DNA of 24,000 bases from Lactococcus phage PMBT69. A program made the translations under genes and the position numbers. Every line of letters starts with the position of its first letter. Within the stretch, counting starts at the first letter, position 1. This document shows, piece after piece, positions 1-7,411 of the stretch. Location of the stretch: the sequence record PQ036876.1. The stretch is one strand, 5' to 3'. The notes below the pieces were generated by a model, which was given only the letters and a program-made list of their open reading frames with translations, was not told the DNA's origin and did no database searches.

Positions 1-16
1 GCGTGAAGATAGACAA

Positions 17-277
17 ATGAAGTTATACATTAATAAGATGAATGAATTACGGAAAGAGCATGTACGTGTTCTTGACCTATCACGAAAACTTAATGGTGTA
101 TCAACTAATGAATACTTTGTTTATGAGGGTCGTGAATTAGAAGAACTCAAAGAATGGGAAGAAACTCATGACATGACTGATAAACAGTATGAGTACTTAG
201 TAAACATGGTAAAAACAAACGCAAAGGCACTAGAGGATTCTTATTTTAGTCAGCCAACAACACCATCATTTAAATAG
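17..277 (+). CDS. hypothetical protein, 86 aa
   Basis: Intact ORF, coding-like composition, same strand and spacing as neighbours. Confidence 0.65.
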   Translation: MKLYINKMNELRKEHVRVLDLSRKLNGVSTNEYFVYEGRELEELKEWEETHDMTDKQYEYLVNMVKTNAKALEDSYFSQPTTPSFK

Positions 278-288
278 GAGAATAGAAA

Positions 289-1197
289 ATGAACAAGTAC
301 ATTAACAAATTGAGCGTAGCAGTATTATTATTGGCATCAGTATCACCATCAATTGCATTAGCTGACACAGCGCAAACAGATGAGCAATTCCCAAAAATTG
401 AGATTACTCAAGAAACTACAGCACCAAGTGAAAAAGTCAATGAGACTACAGATGAATCACAAGATGCTGGTATTATTGAGGGTGAGGAAGAACAAGGTAA
501 TACTGTTGATAATCCAAAACTTCCTGCTGAAAAAGATAACACTACAACAAATGACCCAACAACTATTACACCACCGTCTGACGAACAAAACGAAGAAGAT
601 TCAGACAACAGCACAACTGAACCAGAAAAACAATATGGAACTGTGACAGTTCGTCATATTTATGGTGACGGAAGTATTCAACCAAATCTTGAATATAATA
701 TCCCAATGAATGAAGATGGAACATATACAACAGAACCAAAAGAGAATGGAAAATTTCATCTTATCCAAATTATTGGTGATGCAGTAGGAACTTTCCCAAC
801 CGAGGGTCAACATATTTTTGTAACATATATCTATTCAGCATCAGATGTGTTACCGCCAACAGACCCAGAAACTAAGCCAACTGAACCTGAGGTTAAACCT
901 GTAGAACCAACAACACCAAGTACAGATGGTGAAGATGTAAAACAAAATCCTGACAATATCAAGACGGCAGATGATAAAAAAGAGGTTATTGCAGAAATCA
1001 AACATGCAGAATCTCAATCTGAACAAAAATCTGAAGTTAAACCATTATCAGAGCCAGTTGCTCAAAAAGATGTAGAAAAGAAAACTCTACCAGAAACTGG
1101 TGTATCTGAAAATCCGTTGTTTATTATCTTTGGTATCTTGTTTATCGCAGTAGCAGTAATGGGAGTATGGGTAGTAACAAAAAGTAGCAAAAAATAA
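289..1197 (+). CDS. LPXTG cell-wall-anchored surface protein with a MucBP-like module
   Basis: Signal peptide MNKYINKLSVAVLLLASVSPSIALADT; GTVTVRHIYGDGS...FVTYIYSA resembles MucBP; Pro/Glu/Thr-rich wall-spanning linker; LPETG followed by a hydrophobic stretch and KSSKK tail; RBS ggag. Confidence 0.88.
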   Translation: MNKYINKLSVAVLLLASVSPSIALADTAQTDEQFPKIEITQETTAPSEKVNETTDESQDAGIIEGEEEQGNTVDNPKLPAEKDNTTTNDPTTITPPSDEQNEEDSDNSTTEPEKQYGTVTVRHIYGDGSIQPNLEYNIPMNEDGTYTTEPKENGKFHLIQIIGDAVGTFPTEGQHIFVTYIYSASDVLPPTDPETKPTEPEVKPVEPTTPSTDGEDVKQNPDNIKTADDKKEVIAEIKHAESQSEQKSEVKPLSEPVAQKDVEKKTLPETGVSENPLFIIFGILFIAVAVMGVWVVTKSSKK

Positions 1198-1208
1198 TAA
1201 GTTTTTAC

Positions 1209-1237
1209 TTGACATTATATAAGTAATTTGATATAAT
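1209..1237 (+). promoter_or_regulatory. sigma-A promoter, TTGACA-N17-TATAAT
   Basis: TTGACA 1209-1214, TATAAT 1232-1237, just upstream of the RNA elements at 1251. Confidence 0.85.
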
Positions 1238-1250
1238 AGTCTATGTAAGG

Positions 1251-1296
1251 TTGAGATGAATAAGGTCTGTAGCAAGTTCGAATCTTGTATCTCAAA
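1251..1296 (+). ncRNA. 46-nt tRNA-like minihelix (acceptor stem + T arm, no D or anticodon arm)
   Basis: TTGAGAT / ATCTCAA 7-bp stem; 14-nt linker GAATAAGGTCTGTA; T arm GCAAG-TTCGAAT-CTTGT directly abutting the acceptor 3' strand; trailing A. Confidence 0.6.
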
Positions 1297-1312
1297 TTGG
1301 CTCGGCAGAGCC

Positions 1313-1396
1313 GTGTGTGAACTCGCTTTGAAATATAAGGAGGATGTCGGAATAACTGGGCACAGTAGGTAGGTGGTTCGAATCCACTCACACACA
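1313..1396 (+). ncRNA. non-canonical tRNA-like element, 84 nt, no assignable anticodon
   Basis: Acceptor GTGTGTG / CACACAC; T arm GGTGG-TTCGAAT-CCACT abutting the acceptor strand; interior does not fold into a standard D arm plus 5+7+5 anticodon arm by eye. Confidence 0.5.
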
Positions 1397-1399
1397 CAA

Positions 1400-1473
1400 G
1401 GTTCTTTAGCTTAGTAGGTTAAAGCACTCAGCTCATAACTGAGTCATCACAGGTTCGATTCCTGTAAGAACCA
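1400..1473 (+). tRNA. tRNA-Met(CAT) (or Ile2)
   Basis: GGTTCTT/AAGAACC acceptor, D arm with GG, anticodon arm CTCAG-CTCATAA-CTGAG, T arm CAGG-TTCGATT-CCTG. Confidence 0.9.
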
Positions 1474-1524
1474 TTCAAGTAATAGTGCTTGAGTATAAAA
1501 CATAAACACAATAGGAGAAATACA

Positions 1525-2601
1525 ATGACTGTAATTAACGTAAGTGACAAATTCCAACTTTTCCCAGATGACCTTAAAACATTTGACAAATTACCAAAAG
1601 GTACATATGTTGTTCGTTTTAATAAGATGGAGGGATTCTCACTAATGAAACGTGATGACCTTAAAGTTGATGAAAAAATGTACGGTAATCACAAAAACAA
1701 AGCACTCAAAGCACTTAAAACATTTGATGCATTTGACCGTTCGCTTGGTGTTATCTTGTCAGGTGATAAAGGAATTGGTAAAACAATGTTTACTCGTTTC
1801 ATGGCAGAACAAATGGTTGAAGAAAAAGGATTACCAGTAATTCTTGTAGACCAACCATATCATGGTATTGCAGATTTCATCTCATCTATTAAACAAGAGG
1901 CTATGGTTCTATTTGATGAGTTTGAAAAAGTCTTTGATAATGACAATGACAATATCGAACGACAAGATTCATTGCTTGGATTATTCGATGGATTGTCGTC
2001 AACTAAACACATGTATGTGATTACTGTCAATGACCTTTATCGTTTAAGTAAATTTATGCAGAATCGTACAGGTCGTTTTCATTATCACTTCCGTTTCGAA
2101 TATCCAACTGGTGACGAAGTTCGTGAATATGTTCATGATAATTCAGAAAATATTGACAAAGAAACAGTTGAAAAGATTGTTGATTTCAGCGCAAAAGTTA
2201 AAGTTACATTTGACACGTTACGTTCTATTGTATTTGAAATCTCACAAGGTTATTCATTCAGTGAGGCTGTAGAAGATTTGAATATTAGTCGTGGTGAAAA
2301 TACAAGTTATGCAGTAACAGCTATTGATGAACATGGTAAAGAGCATGTGATGCGTGGACAACAAGAACTAGATTTGTTTAGCTCAGAGATTGTTGCTCGT
2401 GGAACAGTCTTGTCACTTGGTGGATATTATGACATCCGTATGACAAACAAGAACATTGAATCATTACCTATGGGTGCTTTCGCTTTGACAGATATTGAAC
2501 CTGTTGAAATTTATGGAGAAGATGGTGAAGAGTCTGAACTCAAACTGGAACGTGTAATCTTGACACCAGTTGCAGGTAAGAATATTAAATATACAGTATA
2601 A
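1525..2601 (+). CDS. AAA-type ATPase
   Basis: Walker A GDKGIGKT, Walker B MVLFDEFEKVF; best start is the ATG at 1525 behind ataggagaaa (track extends to 1489). Confidence 0.78.
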   Translation: MTVINVSDKFQLFPDDLKTFDKLPKGTYVVRFNKMEGFSLMKRDDLKVDEKMYGNHKNKALKALKTFDAFDRSLGVILSGDKGIGKTMFTRFMAEQMVEEKGLPVILVDQPYHGIADFISSIKQEAMVLFDEFEKVFDNDNDNIERQDSLLGLFDGLSSTKHMYVITVNDLYRLSKFMQNRTGRFHYHFRFEYPTGDEVREYVHDNSENIDKETVEKIVDFSAKVKVTFDTLRSIVFEISQGYSFSEAVEDLNISRGENTSYAVTAIDEHGKEHVMRGQQELDLFSSEIVARGTVLSLGGYYDIRMTNKNIESLPMGAFALTDIEPVEIYGEDGEESELKLERVILTPVAGKNIKYTV

Positions 2602-2610
2602 AGCTGTATA

Positions 2611-2656
2611 GGAGAATTGATAAGGCATGTATGAGGTTCAAATCCTCAGTTCTTCT
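2611..2656 (+). ncRNA. 46-nt tRNA-like minihelix, second copy of the 1251-1296 type
   Basis: GGAGAAT / GTTCTTC 7-bp stem (with G-U pairs); 14-nt linker TGATAAGGCATGTA (10/14 identical to the first copy); T arm TGAGG-TTCAAAT-CCTCA abutting the acceptor strand. Confidence 0.6.
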
Positions 2657-2710
2657 TTACTAGAAATTATTCTAGTATAAAATTAGACAGACAGAAAGAG
2701 AGGTAGTACT

Positions 2711-2935
2711 ATGTTATTGAAATATGGTATTAGAGACGGAGAAAATAATGTAATTGATTACATTATTGACAGTATTGATTCAGTAGAGGACAGTGGTGGG
2801 AAGCCAATTTTTCACCATGATAACCGAACTAAACCTAGAACATATTTTGGCAATGTTGAGAAAAATGAAAGTATTGTTTATATGTATCTAATGAATAATG
2901 ACTTTAAAACAATCAAGATTTATAAGAAAGGTTAA
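2711..2935 (+). CDS. hypothetical protein, 74 aa
   Basis: Intact ORF with upstream gagaggtag RBS. Confidence 0.6.
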   Translation: MLLKYGIRDGENNVIDYIIDSIDSVEDSGGKPIFHHDNRTKPRTYFGNVEKNESIVYMYLMNNDFKTIKIYKKG

Positions 2936-2937
2936 TA

Positions 2938-3114
2938 ATGACAGTTAAAGAGGCTTTAAAAGCAACATTTATAACACTCTTTTGGACAGCTATTGTAGTT
3001 GCTTTCTCATGGATAATTGCTACGCTCTCAGTAGTATGGTCAGCAATTGGTGCATTTATTATCTTTATTGCAGTATTAGCAACAGTTGCATTTTTAGCTT
3101 TTCTTAATATGTGA
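2938..3114 (+). CDS. small membrane protein, 58 aa (not in ORF track)
   Basis: ATG 2938 to TGA 3112-3114: MTVKEALKATFITLFWTAIVVAFSWIIATLSVVWSAIGAFIIFIAVLATVAFLAFLNM, two hydrophobic segments; packed between two plus-strand ORFs. Confidence 0.6.
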   Translation: MTVKEALKATFITLFWTAIVVAFSWIIATLSVVWSAIGAFIIFIAVLATVAFLAFLNM

Positions 3115-3123
3115 GGTAATAAC

Positions 3124-3450
3124 ATGAAACTTAGAACAAGCAAGACTTACTATTTAAGCACTAAAGAAATACAGGAAATCACAGGATTTGAAATTACAAA
3201 TTCTTGGGGTGAGTATGAAATCTTTAAAGACGGTGTTAATATGCTTGAAGATGAGAGCATTGACTATATTCTAGATTTAATTAAAGAATTAGTACTTAAA
3301 AAATCGCAAACATTATCAAAGTGGTGGGAAATCACTTTGCAAACAAAAAGTCAAGCACCAGAATTTCATTCATCGAATGAGGTAGAGGTATTGATTAGTA
3401 ATGCTTATAAGCATTTAGGATTAACAGCAGAGGATATAAAATGGCAATAA
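3124..3450 (+). CDS. hypothetical protein, 108 aa
   Basis: Intact ORF in the operon, gaggtaat RBS. Confidence 0.6.
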   Translation: MKLRTSKTYYLSTKEIQEITGFEITNSWGEYEIFKDGVNMLEDESIDYILDLIKELVLKKSQTLSKWWEITLQTKSQAPEFHSSNEVEVLISNAYKHLGLTAEDIKWQ

Positions 3451-3716
3451 TTATTTTGACAGCAGTAGCTTTAGGAACTTTTGCAGTAATGCTTTATCTC
3501 TTATTTAAATTTATGACACGATATACAGCACCACATAAATTGCTTAGTGCTAACTCTGTAAATGGATTATGGGCTAAAGTTAAGCGCTATGAGGAACATG
3601 GATATGTATGCATTACAGAGCCATTTGTTATCAACGTTGGTGGTAAGAATGTTTATTATCAACAAGTTCATCACAAAGATGCATTGATGGCTGAATTAGT
3701 TGGAACATTTTTATAA
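3441..3716 (+). CDS. hypothetical protein with N-terminal transmembrane helix
   Basis: IIILTAVALGTFAVMLYLLFKF N-terminus; short overlap with the previous ORF. Confidence 0.6.
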   Translation: MAIIILTAVALGTFAVMLYLLFKFMTRYTAPHKLLSANSVNGLWAKVKRYEEHGYVCITEPFVINVGGKNVYYQQVHHKDALMAELVGTFL

Positions 3717-3748
3717 TAATTAAAATAAGAATTTTATAGGTGAATAAC

Positions 3749-4192
3749 ATGGAAGATAATGATTTAGAAAAATTAAAACAAAAATTGAACAATGATGATA
3801 TTGTTATCCTTTTAGGCTCTCGTAGCCCAGATATCCTAGCTATAGAAGAAGAGATTTATTCTATGGATAGCAAAACGAAAGAAACTAGCCCTTGGCTTGA
3901 TTATGAGACACCGATGGAACGTATTGAATCAATTGAGAAATATCTCAAGAATAAATCAATAAACTTTGATTGTGATGTTGTTGAGGGTGTTCATCAATAT
4001 GTTGTTGTTAATGATGCTTATAGTTTGGAGGCTTTTGAAATCTACAGCGACATGTATGATGTTAAGATTAATGTTTTTCTAATTGATAATAATAAGAATG
4101 TTAAAAATATCACAGAGAATCTGGAAGATGGTTATGGTATATTTCTTGAGCCATTTGAATACTTAGATGGATTAAATTCAATTTTTGATTAG
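3749..4192 (+). CDS. hypothetical acidic protein
   Basis: ATG 3749 with ataggtgaa RBS is preferred over the GTG at 3740. Confidence 0.65.
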   Translation: MEDNDLEKLKQKLNNDDIVILLGSRSPDILAIEEEIYSMDSKTKETSPWLDYETPMERIESIEKYLKNKSINFDCDVVEGVHQYVVVNDAYSLEAFEIYSDMYDVKINVFLIDNNKNVKNITENLEDGYGIFLEPFEYLDGLNSIFD

Positions 4193-4199
4193 TTTATTC

Positions 4200-4228
4200 T
4201 TGACAAAGAACTCATAATATGATATAAT
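4200..4228 (+). promoter_or_regulatory. sigma-A promoter, TTGACA-N17-TATAAT
   Basis: TTGACA 4200-4205, TATAAT 4223-4228. Confidence 0.85.
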
Positions 4229-4261
4229 ATTATTATAGAGTTAAGAAAGGAAACATAACTT

Positions 4262-4498
4262 ATGTTTTACAAAAACACAAATGTACAAGTTATAGCATCT
4301 TATTCAAATAGTGATATGGATAGCTTTGACGATGGCACAAAGATTGAGTTCACTATGTGCGTGCCAGTCAGATATCATAAAGATGCACAAAAGATAGCAG
4401 ACACTATTAATGATATCTGCTACGAAACAGCAAGAAACTTGTTGATTGCAAATGGGATTAAGTTCCGAAACTATATGTTACAAATTTATCTTCATTAA
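4262..4498 (+). CDS. hypothetical protein, 78 aa
   Basis: Intact ORF just downstream of the promoter at 4200. Confidence 0.6.
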   Translation: MFYKNTNVQVIASYSNSDMDSFDDGTKIEFTMCVPVRYHKDAQKIADTINDICYETARNLLIANGIKFRNYMLQIYLH

Positions 4499-4526
4499 AC
4501 ATAGGATAAACATAAGAGGTAAAAAC

Positions 4527-4742
4527 ATGAACGAAGAAAAAACATACAAATCAGTAGTAGTTGAAGTTACATTTAGAGCAACAGTTGATGTACCTGAGGA
4601 AATTGCAGATGACGAAGATGCAGTTATGGCATTTGCAGATGAGTTTGGATGTACAGATGAGGCACTAACACAAGATTGTGAGGTTGGTGTTGTACACGTA
4701 ACTTATGAGGAAGATGGTGTAAAATATTCTCATGACATCTAA
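4527..4742 (+). CDS. hypothetical acidic protein, 71 aa
   Basis: ATG 4527 with agaggt RBS; the track start at 4446 overlaps the previous CDS. Confidence 0.6.
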   Translation: MNEEKTYKSVVVEVTFRATVDVPEEIADDEDAVMAFADEFGCTDEALTQDCEVGVVHVTYEEDGVKYSHDI

Positions 4743-4770
4743 AAAATAATAAAAATATTCAACTTTATGC

Positions 4771-4799
4771 TTGACAAACATATCTAAATATGATATAAT
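4771..4799 (+). promoter_or_regulatory. sigma-A promoter upstream of tRNA-Arg and tmRNA
   Basis: TTGACA 4771-4776, TATAAT 4794-4799, 17-bp spacer. Confidence 0.88.
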
Positions 4800-4821
4800 A
4801 GTTACATAAAGTTGATAATAC

Positions 4822-4894
4822 GTTCGGTTAGTGTAATTGGATAACACACAGAACTTCTAATTCTGTACTCTGGATTCGAGTTCCAGACTGAGCA
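4822..4894 (+). tRNA. tRNA-Arg(TCT)
   Basis: GTTCGGT/ACTGAGC acceptor, D arm GTGT...ACAC with GG, anticodon arm CAGAA-CTTCTAA-TTCTG, T arm CTGGA-TTCGAGT-TCCAG. Confidence 0.92.
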
Positions 4895-4973
4895 TTGTAA
4901 TTAAATTACATGATTTCTTTATTAGATTAAATAAAGTGGTGGAGGAACGGATTGAATCCGTAACGCATACAGA

Positions 4974-5014
4974 GGTTGGGGGTACGGTAAGTGTTGTGGC
5001 TTATCGCTCAACCA
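4974..5014 (+). ncRNA. 41-nt acceptor/T-arm-like hairpin element
   Basis: GGTTGGG-GGTA-CGGTAAG-TGTTGTGG-CTTATCG-CTCAACC-A: a 7-bp closing stem directly stacked on a 7-bp inner stem; embedded in a larger stem AATAAAGTGGT (4930-4940)/ACCATTTTATT (5011-5021). Confidence 0.4.
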
Positions 5015-5023
5015 TTTTATTAA

Positions 5024-5368
5024 GGGGTCGTAATTGGTATCGACAGGCTATGGCAACCTTAAATCACATTCCGACAAGGACAGTCGTCAAACCAACTAAA
5101 TATAATTGCAAATACTCAATTAGCAGTAGCCTAAGCTACACAAAAGTTTAAGTAATTAAACAGCTAGGAACTGAGACATCGGTAGGTTTCTGGTACAAAA
5201 ACAGATGTGTGATGGATTCTGATAAGTCACGATTAACAATCAGAACAGCGTTAGTGGATAGTTGTTTATTCAAGAAACTAACAATGTGTATCAAATGAAT
5301 AAACTATGAATGTAATAAAGTTTAAGGTATGTATAGTTTGGACAGGAGTTCAACTCTCCTCGACTCCA
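5024..5368 (+). ncRNA. ssrA: tmRNA (transfer-messenger RNA), predicted tag ANTQLAVA*
   Basis: 5' GGGGTCGTA...GGTATCGACAGG; 3' GGACAGGAGTTCAACTCTCCTCGACTCCA; acceptor GGGGTCG/CGACTCC contains G3-U70; tag ORF GCA AAT ACT CAA TTA GCA GTA GCC TAA at 5108-5134 after CTAAATATAATT. Confidence 0.9.
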
Positions 5369-5414
5369 TTGTGTTTTTAAAACATATTAAAAAACATTAT
5401 TAGAAAGGAAAAGT

Positions 5415-5909
5415 ATGAAATGGAAGACAATTGATTTCATAGATGGCTTTGAAAATTTATATGAAGTCAGCGACACAGGAATTGTAAGACGAATAGATTC
5501 TCAAAGAGAATTGAAAAATACATTGAACATGTATGGATACTACTCAGTTCATTTTTCTAACGGAAAGAAAAGAAAAAGAATTTATGTATCAAGGTTGGTG
5601 GCTATGGCATTTATTCCAAATATTCACAATAAGCCAGAGGTTGACCATATAGATACAGACCCTAAAAATAACAATGTTTCTAACTTAAGATGGGTAACAA
5701 AATATGAAAATATGCATAATCCAATTACAGAAACTAGGTGTCTAACTGTTCATAAGAATAATAAGCATGGAGATAAAGGATATAGAGATAAGATTATCGA
5801 ATTGAGAAATCAAGGAAAAAGCTATAAAGAAATATCAGAAATACTTAATTGTTCGAAAGCTACAGTTCATTATCATTTAAAAGGAAATGGACATCAAAAC
5901 AACGCATAA
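5415..5909 (+). CDS. HNH endonuclease with NUMOD4-like N-terminus
   Basis: WKTIDFIDGFENLYEVSDTGIVRRI (NUMOD4-like), RLVAMAFIPNIHNKPEVDHIDTDPKNNNVSNLRWVTKYEN (HNH core), C-terminal HTH-like KSYKEISEILNCSKATVHYHLKG. Confidence 0.88.
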   Translation: MKWKTIDFIDGFENLYEVSDTGIVRRIDSQRELKNTLNMYGYYSVHFSNGKKRKRIYVSRLVAMAFIPNIHNKPEVDHIDTDPKNNNVSNLRWVTKYENMHNPITETRCLTVHKNNKHGDKGYRDKIIELRNQGKSYKEISEILNCSKATVHYHLKGNGHQNNA

Positions 5910-5921
5910 GGAAAACATTCA

Positions 5922-6407
5922 ATGAAACATAAACAACCAACAACAAAGATATCTATCTATAAACGTGTTTGGTTTATCGTCTTAATTATATTGATTGCAG
6001 GTGGTGCTTATATGGTAACATCTAGTAATAAATATAAACATTCAAATGATATAGCAAAAGTAGAAAAAGATTCAGTCAAAGTGGTTGAACTTAAAACTAT
6101 AGCTGAGGAATATCTTATAAATAGTGCGGTAGCTGATGATTCTTATAAAGGCAAAGAGCTTGAATTTACTGGAACAATTAAGACGGTTTCAGAGGGAATC
6201 AATGGAGTCTACAACATCGGTATTGATGGTGGCAAACTTGCCAAGAATCAATTTGAGAATATTCATGTATCAGTGTCAACTGATGAGGAAACAGCAAAAT
6301 CAGTTTATTCTGGCGAAACTCATACATTCATCGTTAAAGGTGACGGTGCAAGAGTTATTGATGGTTGGGTATCAGCATTGATGTTTGAAAATGCAAAAGT
6401 AAAATAA
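5922..6407 (+). CDS. membrane-anchored protein with possible tRNA_anti-like OB fold
   Basis: N-terminal TM helix, then YKGKELEFTGTIKTVSEG...VYNIGIDGG, which resembles tRNA_anti-like OB-fold domains. Confidence 0.55.
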   Translation: MKHKQPTTKISIYKRVWFIVLIILIAGGAYMVTSSNKYKHSNDIAKVEKDSVKVVELKTIAEEYLINSAVADDSYKGKELEFTGTIKTVSEGINGVYNIGIDGGKLAKNQFENIHVSVSTDEETAKSVYSGETHTFIVKGDGARVIDGWVSALMFENAKVK

Positions 6408-6431
6408 TTTTTAAAAAAAGTATCATTTTAC

Positions 6432-6460
6432 TTGACAAATACAAAAGAATGTGTTATAAT
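6432..6460 (+). promoter_or_regulatory. sigma-A promoter upstream of the second RNA cluster
   Basis: TTGACA 6432-6437, TATAAT 6455-6460. Confidence 0.87.
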
Positions 6461-6480
6461 AGTATATGTCAATTAATTCT

Positions 6481-6581
6481 GGGAGTGTCTACAAGTCAAT
6501 GCTTATGTCCTAGGCAACGTAAGTCAACTATGTGGTCGTAGAGGTTTTGCAAGATTGGAGGTTCGATTCCTTCCTCTCCCC
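6481..6581 (+). ncRNA. non-canonical tRNA-like element, ~100 nt
   Basis: GGGAG...CTCCC outer acceptor pairs (one T-T mismatch inside), T arm GGAGG-TTCGATT-CCTTC; interior hairpins GCTTATGT-CCTAGGCA-ACGTAAGT and CTATG-TGGT-CGTAG; no standard anticodon arm. Confidence 0.5.
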
Positions 6582-6695
6582 TTATAAGTTAACTTATTTT
6601 TGCTAAGTCGAGGATGACTACCTTATCTTAGCAGGTCGTTCTTTGGATTGTTCGTGATGTCTAGTCCGCATCCAATGCAAGAAAAAGATTGTAAA

Positions 6696-6766
6696 GCGTA
6701 TGGACTATCTGGGGGTAGGCTTGCCATGAGAGGTGAGTAGAGCTGGTTCGATTCCAGTCATACGTA
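6696..6766 (+). ncRNA. tRNA-like element without assignable anticodon, 71 nt
   Basis: GCGTATG/CATACGT acceptor, D arm CTAT-CTGGGG-GTAG, T arm GCTGG-TTCGATT-CCAGT; the middle arm CTTGCC-ATGAGA-GGTGAG lacks a 7-nt loop and U33. Confidence 0.6.
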
Positions 6767-6808
6767 TTATCTTAAAAAAGATAAAAAAAAAAAATAATTA
6801 CTTTATAC

Positions 6809-6837
6809 TTGACAAAACATTCTGAATATGTTATAAT
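6809..6837 (+). promoter_or_regulatory. sigma-A promoter upstream of tRNA-Asp
   Basis: TTGACA 6809-6814, TATAAT 6832-6837. Confidence 0.88.
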
Positions 6838-6855
6838 AGTATATGTAGTTAATAT

Positions 6856-6928
6856 GACTCATTGGTGTAGCGGTTATCACACTTGCCTGTCACGCAAGAG
6901 AGCATGGGTTCGAATCCCATATGGGTCG
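6856..6928 (+). tRNA. tRNA-Asp(GTC)
   Basis: GACTCAT/ATGGGTC acceptor, anticodon arm CTTGC-CTGTCAC-GCAAG, T arm ATGGG-TTCGAAT-CCCAT. Confidence 0.93.
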
Positions 6929-6932
6929 TAAT

Positions 6933-7009
6933 TAACTGAGGACGGAACAGGCAACCGTCACACCCTAGCGGTTTAAAGAGATGTGGGAAATGTCAACCCA
7001 CCAGTTAAT
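6933..7009 (+). ncRNA. tRNA-like fold with atypical T loop and no anticodon arm
   Basis: TTAACTG/CAGTTAA 7-bp stem; GACGG-AACAGGCAA-CCGTC (D-arm-like); GTGGG-AAATGTCAA-CCCAC directly abutting the acceptor strand. Confidence 0.4.
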
Positions 7010-7013
7010 TTAA

Positions 7014-7081
7014 AGCAAGTCTGCTTATAATATCTTTGATGATATCCTGATTAGATTAAGGTTGGATTCCTTAACTTGCTA
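7014..7081 (+). ncRNA. tRNA-like fold with TTGGATT T loop, 68 nt
   Basis: AGCAAGT/ACTTGCT 7-bp stem; TAAGG-TTGGATT-CCTTA abutting the acceptor strand; no 5+7+5 anticodon arm. Confidence 0.45.
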
Positions 7082-7411
7082 TAGATATGAGAATGACATT
7101 CGTCATATCGCCCCCTAGGAGTCGTTGTACGGTCTAGGGTTAAAATTAAATGATTAATATAGATGGACGGTCAAGACCGTTGCACTTCCCTGTTAATCAT
7201 TGCCAAGTCCTCACAGCTATCTATGGTGGATAGTAGTCATAAAAGGCTTTGATTGGGAGTAGGTGCGGAACGTGCGGAGATGATTCTGGCTTAGCGGTCA
7301 TGAGATTTCGAAATTTAGCGGTGGAGAAATTGTGTTGTCAAAGCAAAGGTATTCATTGACGAGCAAACGATTAACCAACGGACTCGATGTATCAATGCGT
7401 ACCGTAATTTT

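Noticed and set aside
1087-1395. Minus-strand 102-aa and 60-aa ORFs around 1087-1397 (and plus-strand alternative 380-646)
   Set aside because: Antisense or out of frame to the LPXTG gene and overlapping RNA elements; low-complexity artefacts.
2913-3143. Minus-strand 76-aa ORF
   Set aside because: Antisense to the better supported 58-aa plus-strand membrane protein 2938-3114.
4936-5151. Track ORF of 71 aa
   Set aside because: Runs through the spacer and into the 5' part of the tmRNA in a frame different from the tag ORF; no RBS.
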